Source: Macrostomum lignano (taxonomy: Eukaryota). From it: 64,000 bases of DNA. Every line of letters starts with the position of its first letter. Position 1 is the stretch's first letter. The position numbers and the translations under genes are program-made. The stretch is taken from assembly GCA_002269645.1 (NCBI GenBank), contig NIVC01000152.1, forward strand, positions 558,001 to 622,000, given 5' to 3'. Below the pieces are notes generated by a model. It ran no database searches. It was not told the DNA's origin and saw nothing but the letters and a program-made list of their open reading frames with translations. Positions 13,641 through 25,090 of this stretch are shown here, piece after piece.

Positions 13641-13790
13641 GCTGCTCGTGAGCAATTCACATAATTCATGCATCAGAATAAATGTCTATAGTCCTTGGGT
13701 TGGGCACTTTTGCCTGCTGTTGAGCATATCTGGTAGCTTGTAAATTGTAAAATACACGAATTCCGCCCCATGCCTCAGTTCGTCACTGAC

Positions 13791-13966
13791 CTCCTGGCAC
13801 CAGACCGTCGCTGTCCAGCTGCACGGCGATGCCAAATCCGCCAAGTTTCACTGGTGCCGAATTCTCTTTGGAGTGAAGCAGGACGCAGTGCGGCTTCAAG
13901 TCGCGATGAATTATATTGTGCTCGTGGCAGTAGCGCACGGCCTCGAGTATTTGGCGCATGTAGTGC
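13791..13966 (-). CDS. CASK: CASK exon 5 ([10 protein letters not shown]...[11 protein letters not shown]...[12 protein letters not shown])
   Basis: 176 nt; the CASK-specific KPHC and GGFG (in place of DFG) motifs are present; splice phases fit both neighbours. Confidence 0.97.
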
Positions 13967-14643
13967 CTGGGTGTGAATGAGCATTTCATAATCAAGGAGA
14001 TGCTATGGATTTTCTATATTTTAGGTAGCTACGTTTTAAAACACCGCTTAGTTATAACCTAACTTACTCGTACTCTATTGTGCTTCACTGTAATGTACTT
14101 TTCGTGAAAAGTTAACCTTCAAATTTCTTTTCCAGGAAAGTATCAGTCTTAGTGGTCCTTAGCATGCAATGTCCCTGGTCCCCTGGAGCACCCAAACCTT
14201 TACTTTCATACCTGGGCAAAAATTGGAGACACGCTTTTGCCTCTATCAGGGTTTATTAGTTAAGCTGTAAACTATTAGTTAAGTTTTGGTAAATGTTACT
14301 AACACAATTGACAAGGTGCACTAGCCACCATTAAATGTACTTTTAATCAATAACTAGTAGACTAAAACTGGTTAACTTAATAGCCTATTTAGAACCCTCT
14401 CAGTGCTTAGAACAATTTGAAACCCTGTGGGGAAAACCAGGGCGACTTCGAGACTAAGAGGAGAGTGATTGGGGGGGAGAGAAAGGGCCGAGGGAGAGTA
14501 GACACAGCCCAAGAGTCCAATTTATTGATCTTATTTATCTGCGACACACCCAGCTCCCTAGCCCTACCGTCCACTCTAGATACGACCAGCTCAATACGGA
14601 CTCTTTAGGGAAGTGAGGTAAATAAATAGGCTTCGAATCAAAT

Positions 14644-14674
<31 letters not shown>

Positions 14675-14874
14675 GAACAGAAGAAGCCAGGCAACCAGTT
14701 ATCAATCAATCGTAGAATCAAGGAGTGAGAGCGACAGTGAGCGACTTTTTATACACAACAGTTTAGTAGCCCAGCGATTCCGCTCTTTACCCATGAAAAT
14801 GAAAGTAAATCACAGTCCTATGAATTTTAATACAACTACGGGATTATCTAATTTCTAATCATAGGATAGTATCA

Positions 14875-15250
14875 CAATCACTATATTAGTACTGCAATCA
14901 CGGGATTAGTATTGCAATCACGGGATTAGTATCACAAAATCACGGGATTAGTATCACAAAATCACTGTATTAGTATTGCCATCACAGGATTAGTATCACA
15001 AAATCACAATATTAGTATTGCAATTACTATATTACTATCTCAATCAAGGGATTAGTATCACAATCAGATTAATATTGCAATTATGGGATTAGTATCAAAA
15101 TTACGGGATTAGTATTGCAATCACGGGATTAGTATTGCAATCACGGGATTAGTATTGCAATCACGGGATTAGTATTGCAATCACGGGATTAGTATCAAAA
15201 TCACGGGATTAGTGTCAAAATCACGACGGGATTAGTATTTCTATCACGGG
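14875..15250. repeat. 20-bp minisatellite (TCACGGGATTAGTATTGCAA)
   Basis: Direct inspection. Confidence 0.9.
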
Positions 15251-15365
15251 ACTTGCATCCCAAATCATGTAATTTTTATCAGAATCTTAGTATCGGAAGC
15301 GCGATTGACGGGCATACAATGCGCAGGTGCATTATTTACGGCAACAAAACGCATGTATCACTTAC

Positions 15366-15443
15366 GTCGCCACACCTTCGCTGAATACAAAACCGGCCGT
15401 TGCACGCTTCACAATCTCAAAGCAGAGATCGGCATTGTCCATG
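15366..15443 (-). CDS. CASK: CASK exon 4 ([26 protein letters not shown])
   Basis: 78 nt, phase 2 to phase 2, gcAG and AC|GTAAG; matches [26 protein letters not shown]. Confidence 0.95.
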
Positions 15444-15704
15444 CTGCAAATAGGATTTGTGGACAATGGGATCGTGAGCTAAGCAAGTCTAAATAATAGT
15501 CCTAATATACATTTCTCAGATCAACGCAATTTTCTGCTTGATACAGTTAACTACGATACATATCGTGTCAAAATATGACCAGTAGAAATATTCTCAGACT
15601 GATGGATGGATGGAATGCAGCATCGAAGTACCCAACCCACTAATACGAGTATAAATACGTGTAATAATAATTGCAGGAGAGTTGTGGCCGCTCTAGCGCA
15701 ACTC

Positions 15705-16050
15705 CTTCGGCGACATCGACTCCTGAGCACTCCTGAGCAATCATGAGCACTCCCGAGCACTCCTGAGCAATCATGAGCACTCCCGAGCACTCCTGAGCAC
15801 ATACAAGCGCGCCAATACTGTACGCAGGCACGCACTCATACACACGCTCACACAGGGTGTACAGCGGCCCTGACTATCTAATCACCAGGCATGTACACTC
15901 TCTGTGCATTGGGGGTTGGTCCTCAGTCATGGGTGTAAATTGCACGACAACCCCGGTCAATTTTTGTACACAGATTGATGCAGTCGGACACGGAATCGAA
16001 CCATGGGTCTGTGACACGAAAGTCAGACGCGCACCTACGAGGTGCTCGGT
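15705..16050 (-). mobile_element. SINE family A, near full length with tRNA head
   Basis: Minus strand B box GGTTCGATTCC followed by the family body. Confidence 0.8.
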
Positions 16051-16855
16051 AGTTGAAGAAAAAGCCTCATTTAAATATTGTACATGTACAGGGATACTGA
16101 AAAGACCAAAATACGACCCTGAGCCGCAAGTAAGCTGTCAAAGATCAGCTGTGAGCAACTTTAAAGCAGCCAGAGATGCTCAAAGCATTCAGCCGCAGCT
16201 GTCCAGAAGCCCTTGAGCATGCTCAAGGATGCAAGAGATGCATTTCAGCGATGCCTGCTAGAGATGCAGCTCATTCAGACGCAATATTTCATGGAGAGGG
16301 ACAGTCAAAAACAGGCAATAAGTGTCAGAGACGAAGATAACCAGATAGAAGCAAATGAAGCTCCGGAATTCAGCAATTCATATTAAAATACCCGCGCATG
16401 GTTGAAGCCGCCGCCCTCCCACACAAAAATAAACTTTTCTCCCACTGCAGCAAATCGCACATAAGCGGAATGTTACATACGTCGCCCCGACCGATGTAGT
16501 TACTAAGGGGATCTATGTAGATCGAAGCCCTCGGGCACACTGGGAAATAATATTTCATGGCTGCTTGGTCAGATGTAAGTTAGAGTTTTGTTAAAGCCAA
16601 GCCATCTGCAATAAACTGTCACTGGAAGGAGAAAGAGAGGAAGTGAAAGAGAAGTACGAGAGCTTCAAACCCTGTGGTAGGGACTTTTACAAAGAACATC
16701 TGGACAGACTAGAATGGAGCCAGAAAACCTTATTAGCGCAGAAAGTTACCACGAAAGCTTTCTGAAAAGCATTTAGGCCTCACTCGACCACAGATAAAGA
16801 AGCTTTGTAATAATACACGCTTCTAATGTAGTTTAGTTATACGTATACTAGCACA

Positions 16856-18826
16856 CCGCGATCATTGGCCTCTCAGCATCTCTACCGCGATCATTGGCCT
16901 CTCAGCATCTCCCCCGTGATCATTGGTAACTCAGCATCTCCCCCGTAATCATTGGTATCTCAGCATCTCTACCGTGATCATTGGTATCTCAGCATCTCTA
17001 CCGTGATCATTGGTATCTCAGCATCTCTAACTTGATCATTGGTATCTCAGCATCTCTAACTTGATCATTGGTATCTCAGCATCTCTACCGCGATCATTGG
17101 CCTCTCAGCATCTCTATCGTGATCATTGGTATCTCAGCATCTCTACCGCGATCATTGGCCTCTCAGCATCTCTACCGCGATCATTGGTATCTCAGCATCT
17201 CTACCGCGATCATTGGCCTCTCAGCATCTCTACCGCGATCATTGGCCTCTCAGCATCTCTACCGCGATCATTGGCCTCTCAGCATCTCTACCGCGATCAT
17301 TGGTATCTCAGCATCTCTACCGCGATCATTGGCCGCTCAGCATCTCTACCGCGATCATTGGCCTCTCAGCATCTCTACCGCGATCATTGGTATCTCAGCA
17401 TCTCTACCGCGATCATTGGCCTCTCAGCATCTCTACCGCGATCATTGGCCGCTCAGCATCTCTACCGCGATCATTGGTATCTCAGCATCTCTACCGTGAT
17501 CATTGGTATCTCAGCATCTCTACCATGATCATTGGTATCTCAGCATCTCCCCCGTAATCATTGGTATCTCAGCATCTCTAACTTGATCATTGGTATCTCA
17601 GCATCTCTAACTTGATCATTGGTATCTCAGCATCTCTACCGTGATCATTGGTATCTCAGCATCTCTACCGTGATCATTGGTATCTCAGCATCTCTACCGT
17701 GATCATTGGTATCTCAGCATCTCTAACTTGATCATTGGTATCTCAGCATCTCTACCGCGATCATTGGCCTCTCAGCATCTCCCCCGTGATCATTGGTAAC
17801 TCAGCATCTCCCCCGTAATCATTGGTATCTCAGCATCTCTAACTTGATCATTGGTATCTCAGCATCTCTACCGTGATCATTGGTATCTCAGCATCTCTAC
17901 CGTGATCATTGGTATCTCAGCATCTCTACCGTGATCATTGGTATCTCAGCATCTCTACCGTGATCATTGGTATCTCAGCATCTCTAACTTGATCATTGGT
18001 ATCTCAGCATCTCTACCGTGATCATTGGTATCTCAGCATATCTACCGTGATCATTGGTACCTCAGCATCTCCCCCGTAATCATTGGTATCTCAGCATCTC
18101 TACCGTGATCATTGGTATCTCAGCATCTCTACCGTGATCATTGGTATCTCAGCATATCTACCGTGATCATTGGTACCTCAGCATCTCCCCCGTAATCATT
18201 GGTATCTCAGCATCTCTACCGTGATCATTGGTATCTCAGCATCTCTACCGTGATCATTGGTATCTCAGCATCTCTACCGTGATCATTGGTATCTCAGCAT
18301 CTCTATCGTGATCATTGGTATCTCAGCATCTCTAACGTGATCATTGGTATCTCAGCATCTCTATCGTGATCATTGGTATCTCAGCATCTCTAACGTGATC
18401 ATTGGTATCTCAGCATCTCCTCCGTGATCATTGGTATCTCAGCATCTCCTCCGTGATCATTGGCATCTCAGCATCTCCTCCGTGATCATTGGCATCTTAG
18501 CATCTCCCCCGTGATCATTGGCATCTCAGCATCTCTAACGTGATCATTGGTATCTCAGCATCTCCCCCGTGATCATTGGTATCTCAGCATCTCTATCGTG
18601 ATCATTGGTATCTCAGCATCTCCTCCGTGGTCATTGGCATCTCAGCATCTCCTCCGTGATCATTGGCATCTTAGCATCTCCCCCGTGATCATTGGCATCT
18701 CAGCATCTCCTCCGTGATCATTGGCATCTTAGCATCTCCCCCGTGATCATTGGCATCTCAGCATCTCCTCCGTGATCATTGGCATCTTAGCATCTCCCCC
18801 GTGATCATTGGCATTTCAGCATCTCT
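16856..18826. repeat. 29-bp minisatellite (CTCAGCATCTCTACCGTGATCATTGGTAT), about 68 units
   Basis: Direct inspection; variants are clustered along the array. Confidence 0.95.
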
Positions 18827-18835
18827 TCCTGGAGT

Positions 18836-19036
18836 CAGGTTTACCTCGTTAAGACCGTCCTACCCAGGCACACAGACGATGGGTACCGCTGCCATGAATT
18901 TCTCGTTATTTGGCACGCACATAAAACTTACACTGAGGCTAACGGGTAGATTCTTGTAGGCTGATATTGTGAAATCAAAGTGCCCGTGGCCAGCACCTGG
19001 TATCGAACCCGGAACCTCTGCTACAAGAGAACGATG
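18836..19036 (-). mobile_element. tRNA-headed SINE, family B (related head fragment at 3652-3705)
   Basis: Minus strand GAGGTTCCGGGTTCGATACC; the fragment at 3.7 kb reads GGGTCCGGGTTCGATTCC. Confidence 0.55.
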
Positions 19037-19659
19037 AGATGACACACCGCCACAACCCTCTAGAAAAACAAATTAGAAATCGAGTCGAGAAAGGCAGCAA
19101 AGGAAAATTTTGCATGGACGACGAGAGCTTTTGGATGCATTATAAGCGGCGACAGGTATTAGTCCTACCACCCAGGATAGCACAGTTATTCAAACACGCG
19201 CGTGCGCTAATTTTGCCAGACAAACACAGAAAAATTAGGCTAGCTAAAGCTATATGCATTACACATATGTGTAACAGTCAAGTAAATCTACGAGATGCTT
19301 TAAGCTGAAGCACAGCCAGGTGAGAAGAATTAAAGTACGAGACTGCGCTCTAATCCTTTCTAGAGGACACTCAGCGCCCAGCTGCTATGCCAACGACACA
19401 ATTTTTTTACACTTTGACACTTAAAGAGGCCACTTCTATTTAAAGTTCAAGTCCTCGTTTCAAGTTTCCAAATTTTTCACACCCGAGCGATTAGACAAGC
19501 ACGTACTCTCATATAAAGAGGGCTAAAAGCTGAAAGTTTTTTTCTTGCAAATTCCTTCGGCATACGTAAATTCAAGAAGACAGGAGGCATGCGCTTAGTT
19601 GACAAAGATGCGAGTAAATATGAATAGTGCAATGTCGTAGTTGGCGCTCAAATGGGCGT

Positions 19660-20310
19660 CAAGGAAGCCAAATAGGCATTCCCAAAATGTCAAAATAAGC
19701 GTCATAAGTGCCAAAATGAGTGTCCGAGATGGCAAAATGGGTGTCCGGGATGGCAACATGGGTGTCCGAGATGACAAAATGGGTGTCCAAGATAATAAAA
19801 TGGTGTCTGAGATGAAAAATGGGTGTCGGAGGTGGCAAAATGGGTGTCCGAGATGACAAAATGGGTGTCCGAGATCGCAAAATGTGTGTCCAAGCTGTCA
19901 AAATGAGTGTTCGAGATGGCAAAATAGGTGTCCGATATCACAAAATTGGTGTCCAAGGTGGCAAAATGTGTGTCCCAGATAACAAAATGGGTGTCCGAGA
20001 TGGCAAAATGGGTGTCCGAGATAACAAAATGGGTGTCCGAGGTAGCAAAATGGGTATCCGAGATGACAAAATGGGTGTTCGAGATAGCAAAATGGGTGTC
20101 GGAGGTGGCAAAATGGGTATCCGAGATGGCAAAAGGGTTGTCGAAGGTGGCAAAATGGGTATCCGAGATGACAAAATGGGTGTTCGAGATGGCAAAATGG
20201 GTGTCGGAGGTGGCAAAATTGGGTGTTCGAGATGGCAAAAAGGGATGTCGAAGGTGGCAATTGGCAAAATGGGTGTCCGAGGTGTCAAAATGGGTGTCAG
20301 AGGCGGAAAA
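19660..20310. repeat. 21-bp minisatellite (AAAATGGGTGTCCGAGATGGC)
   Basis: Direct inspection. Confidence 0.92.
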
Positions 20311-21709
20311 TTGGAGTACAAAAGTAAAAGATTAGAGGCGTAATAAATGCCAAAATTGGGGTCTGAAAGGCCAAAAAGGTGTCTAAGATATTAACTTAAG
20401 ATATAGTTGCAGAGAGCAGTTTTATAGAAGAGTCATAGCTGAAAGAATTGGCAAAACATACAAAGACCGCATGTGGACCTACTAAAAGGATTAAATTGAC
20501 TCACAAAAAGCAAGAGAACTACGCGCAGCATCATCCGCAGTTATGCTGATTGCGGCTACAACCGTCGCCATCAGAGCGCCAATAACGCAGCTGCACGAAC
20601 TTCGGCAATCGATATAATAATTGATCATGCAGGCAACGCGGGCACAGGAAGCCCGGCTATTAAGCCTGATATGGTGCAGTTTAACGCAGTATGGCTTGAT
20701 GAGGGGCCCAAATTGGACCAGGAAATCAAGCCTGCTGTACAGCATGCCCCAGACCGACCGGATTTACATGCATAGCCGCCTAATTCAATATTATTACGCT
20801 TAGACCAAGGGAAAAGCGAATGCGGCCTTAAATTTCATTTTCTACTACATGCATGGGCGTCTTAATGATATATGCTGGACTGCTGGCCGAGGTCGAACTG
20901 ACCAACACAACACTGACAGAGATGAGGCAGACGGGGAACTCTGAGCAAATGGCTACTATGGCCAAGAATACAAAAGTAAAAGGAAAGGTAAAAATTGCCC
21001 ATCGCCGCGTTTATAATTTATTGACCAATACGGCGAGGCGAGTTCAGGCGCAGGGAAAGTTCGGGTCCTGCAGCGTGCAGCACGGGAGTAAAATTTGATG
21101 ATGGGATAAAAATATTCAGCTAGCCATAAAAACACACTGAATACCCGCTGGCGCGTGAATGAAAGGTGAAACAATGTGAAGAGAAAAGGTGCGAACAGAT
21201 TTTCCAAAGTCTAATTAGCAAGTTAGAGACTGGATCGTGTTCCACATAACTAAAATATGAATACACGGTACCGTTAGTGCAGCACCGGCACTATTTTAGC
21301 TGACTAAAGTAATGTTGGACCAGTTTAGGCGAGCTGCACAGCCTGGCAAGCACTTTAGCCATACATAGCACAGCAGCTGCGGCTGTGTTTTTGTTCACAG
21401 GCTGCCCCCCGCCTTGGTCCCACCCGGCCAGGCTTTCGTATTAATTAATGCAAAGCCGGCGGGCCATTGTTAATCTCAGTCCGATATCGCTACCGCCAGT
21501 CGCTGGGCTTAGGCAATATTTATCTCCGCGCGCAGCAGCGGCTCGGGTAAACGGACTTTTAAAAGCTGCATGGATAGTGCGAAGTGACCGTGTTCTCTGC
21601 CGGGCACACTGTTAGCGCCAACCGTGAGTGATCAGTTTTGTCTGTCCCCCCCAAAAAAGAAGCTTGAAACACTCTGCGGAAAATATTGTTAAGAAGGGGG
21701 CGGAGCAGC

Positions 21710-21865
21710 TCAGGGGTAAACGATTCACACCCATGAGTGCCAATCCCCAAGGTACAGAGAGACCCCAAGATTAGAAAGTCAGGGCTGCTGTACACCCTGT
21801 GTGAGCGAGTGTATGAGTACGTGCCTGAGTACAGCATTGGCGCGCTTGCATGTGCTCGATGGTTT
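21710..21865 (+). mobile_element. SINE family A, partial copy
   Basis: TTAGAAAGTCAGGGCTGCTGTACACCCTGTGTGAGCG...CATTGGCGCGCTTG. Confidence 0.7.
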
Positions 21866-22857
21866 GTGGGAAGGCGTTGTGCCAGGGAGTTCACAGCCCT
21901 CCTGTGAATTTTATTAATGTTAACTGCAATACGATAGCATAAAGATAGGCTGGGCCATAGACAACAGGCAAATTTCTGACTGAGAGTCAAGCCAGCAAGA
22001 ATTGGACAGGCAAATTTGCAATTTATGGCCACAGAGCTTTGTCAAAGATTGAGAGCCAGCATAATTCAAGAACTGCTTAACTTTAACTTATAGTTAACTA
22101 TACAGCAGCAGACCTTGGTGTTCAGTTATCACCTGTCAGACTTTGTTCTACAGGCTTTAAAATTTGGATGTCCGTCTTATAACTTATAGGTTCCTGGGAA
22201 CGAGGCGATCATGGAAGATTCCTTGAAGGTACACTTCATTTGTCTTGTGATGAATTTTCAGAACGGTTACAAGCATACGTAGGCTAACTTTACTTGAACT
22301 GTTCATCAATTTTGTGTTTTTATATTCTCACATTTTCATTTTAATTAGCACAATGTTATTTAAAAATTCTGTCTGCCAATGCAAATCTAACTTCAACAAA
22401 GAGAAAAACTAAGGATTGCGGCAGTCAAAGCAAGGAGAGATTCTGCGGAGATAAAGTCACAACAATAATTGGGGTCGAAGTGTGCCGCATAATGAAGGGC
22501 AAAGCGAGTCAGGAATTGGGATTAGGGCGGAACTCCGATTTCTTAGAACTTGAAAAGCCGCAGAGGCGCAGGCACGCACTCGCTCGGACTGAAACTGCTC
22601 AAAATTCTGCGGTCCCAATTGACCAGCACTTGCCCTGGGACACTTGTGGTGTGGCAGGAGAATGAATGGGAGGAGTCATTAGTGCTCTGAGCGATGATGG
22701 AGGGCATCAATTAATTCGATTTTCTAGAAAAATTAGAAACGATGAAACGAAGGGGATGAACAGAGTCAGACAAATAGACAGACATTTAGGCAGACAGACG
22801 TTGAAGGGCAGAGGGGCAGTCTAATGAAGACAGCCAGACAGACAGTTCTAAGACAGG

Positions 22858-23000
22858 ATGGATGGATGGGTGAGCGGATATATGGATGGACGGATAGATG
22901 GATAGATAGATAGATAGATAGATAGATGGATAGATGATAGATAGATAGATAGATGGATAGATAGATAGATAGATAGATAGATGGATAGATAGATAGATAA

Positions 23001-23078
<78 letters not shown>

Positions 23079-23079
23079 G

Positions 23080-23134
<55 letters not shown>

Positions 23135-23150
23135 GGATAGATAGATAGAC
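22858..23150. repeat. (GATA)n microsatellite
   Basis: Direct inspection. Shorter microsatellites: (GA)n at 14645-14673 and (GACA/GGCA)n at 23978-24046. Confidence 0.97.
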
Positions 23151-24761
23151 AGCCGGATAGGTAGATGGCGCTAGCAGACAGTCAGACAGTGGGCAACCCT
23201 AGGAGTCTATATTAAGAAAACAAGGCCGGGAGGAGCACACTTGCCTAATTGAACGTTAATCCCAGTGTCAACCTGACGCCCGAAAGGAAAAGGCGGAGGA
23301 AGAATCCCAGTGCCTAGTTAGAGAGCCCCTCCTTCTTCTCGCATCACCCGGCAGCTTAACAAGGCTAATGGCATTTGTGCAAGGCAGCAAAACCCAATGC
23401 AGATCCTAAGGGCCAACGCGACTGAAGGCTGACTGGCGCATTGAAGTCCACTGCACGGCTTCTCAACAACAGCGGATTTGAATTCCCTGCGAGAACGGAG
23501 AGCGGACCTGTTTGAAATTTAAAGCCCGTCGGATAGCGCCTGCATATACGGCCGTATTTGATTGAATTTTTAGCACCGTCAGATAGCAGATGAAGCTAAT
23601 ATGGAGAGCAGCGGAGTGGAAAGAGGAGGCGGATTGAGAAGCGGATGCCACCTGTAGGACTTTGCCTTTAATCCTGCAGCCCCGCAGCGCAACCCGGCGT
23701 CACTTTTGCAAATAAAACAGCTCCGCTGGGACACCCATTTATGATTTATGACGATGTGTGGCTCTAATATGGCTCGTACGTCTGATTGCAGTACTAGACG
23801 CAACACTTAAATAGCCACTCAGGTTGATTAACTTGCAGCGATACGGCAGCTTTAATAGCTCGTATACATGAAAAGGCAGGCAAATTAGTGACTTAAAGTA
23901 TATTTTTCCGAAAACTGTTTACTGTCTATTGTCCATCACAGAATATTGCCGCAAATGTGTTTTGAGTGAACAACCGAGATAGACAGACAGACAGACAGAC
24001 AGGCAGGCAGGCAGGCAGACAGACAGACAGACAGACAGACAGACAGGATTTTCTATGCAGTTTAGAGCACAATGTGACACAGATAATATAGAATCTGTGG
24101 TTTTAGAGTTCTGTTAATAGGCTTTCGAAATGAGAGTTTTAGGATCAAAAATTGGTCAACGGGAAATTCCAAAATGTTTTGGTTAAATTTTTAGAGAAGC
24201 CTAGTGATGACTTCCAGAAAAGAGGCCAAATGATGCTTCTCGGAGAAGAGGCCCAAGACGCATACGAGCTTACAAAGTTTTATGCAGAAATATATCAGTT
24301 CTATTAAGAATGGCATGCCAATTATGGACGGATTCAAGATTACTCCGACGGCTTAGCGAGTCCCGAATGGCGCATTATTATATCCGAACAAAACTACGAG
24401 CGCAGAGATAGGGGAACAAATCGATACAGAGGCGCGATAGCGTTAAGTCCTGGAGAAATGGGATATTAGCTGCGGGTTAATAAAGATAAGTCTGCACCAA
24501 TTTCAGCCTCGGAGTCAGAAGGCAGAAGGCAGGTAGACACGGCAGGAACTAATAATAATAAAGAAAAGAACGGCAGTAAAAGCGGCGAATTCCGGCGCAA
24601 AACAACAAAGCAAGTATCGGTTAGTTTTGGATGCTTTTACTGCCTAGCTATCACGTGTTCTCCCTCCAGGTTTGGTTAAAACTTTTCAAATCGGGCGCAC
24701 AAAATGTATTCCCCTGACGTAACTAAAGGTGTTGGAGTTTTGGAATGAAGTCCCGAGACAG

Positions 24762-25090
24762 CTTTGGGGTGAATCTAGAGCCAGTTTTTGGGTAAATCTG
24801 GAGCCAGTTTTTGGGTAAATCTAGAGCCAGTTTTTGGGGCGAATCTGGAGGCTTTAGGGTGAATCTAGAGCCAGTTTTGGGGTAAATCCAGAGGTTTTAG
24901 GGTGAATCTAGAGCCAGTTTTGGGGTACGAGCTCTTAAATCTGGAGCCAGTTTTTGGGGTGAATCTGGAGGTTTTAGGGTGAATCTAGAGCCAGTTTTGA
25001 GGTAAATCGAGAGGTTTGGGGTGAATCTAGAGCCGGATTTGGGATAAATCGAGAGACGGATTTGGGGTTAATCCTGAGACAGTTTTGGTG
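24762..25090. repeat. About 21-23-bp minisatellite (GGGTRAATCTRGAGCCAGTTTT)
   Basis: Direct inspection. Confidence 0.85.

Noticed and set aside
14426-14860. Solo LTR (minus-strand TATAAAA, AATAAA, ends CCCCACA)
   Set aside because: I could not find a matching TG start or target-site duplication; no second copy in the window.
16211-16228. Perfect 18-bp palindrome CCTTGAGCATGCTCAAGG
   Set aside because: About 0.25 such palindromes are expected by chance in 64 kb.
16856-20343. Periodic ORFs at 17.0-17.6 and 19.6-20.3 kb (also 10.2-12.2, 41.4-42.5, 46.4-46.9, 56.6-57.7, 58.7-59.9 and 62.0-63.4 kb)
   Set aside because: All coincide with tandem arrays.
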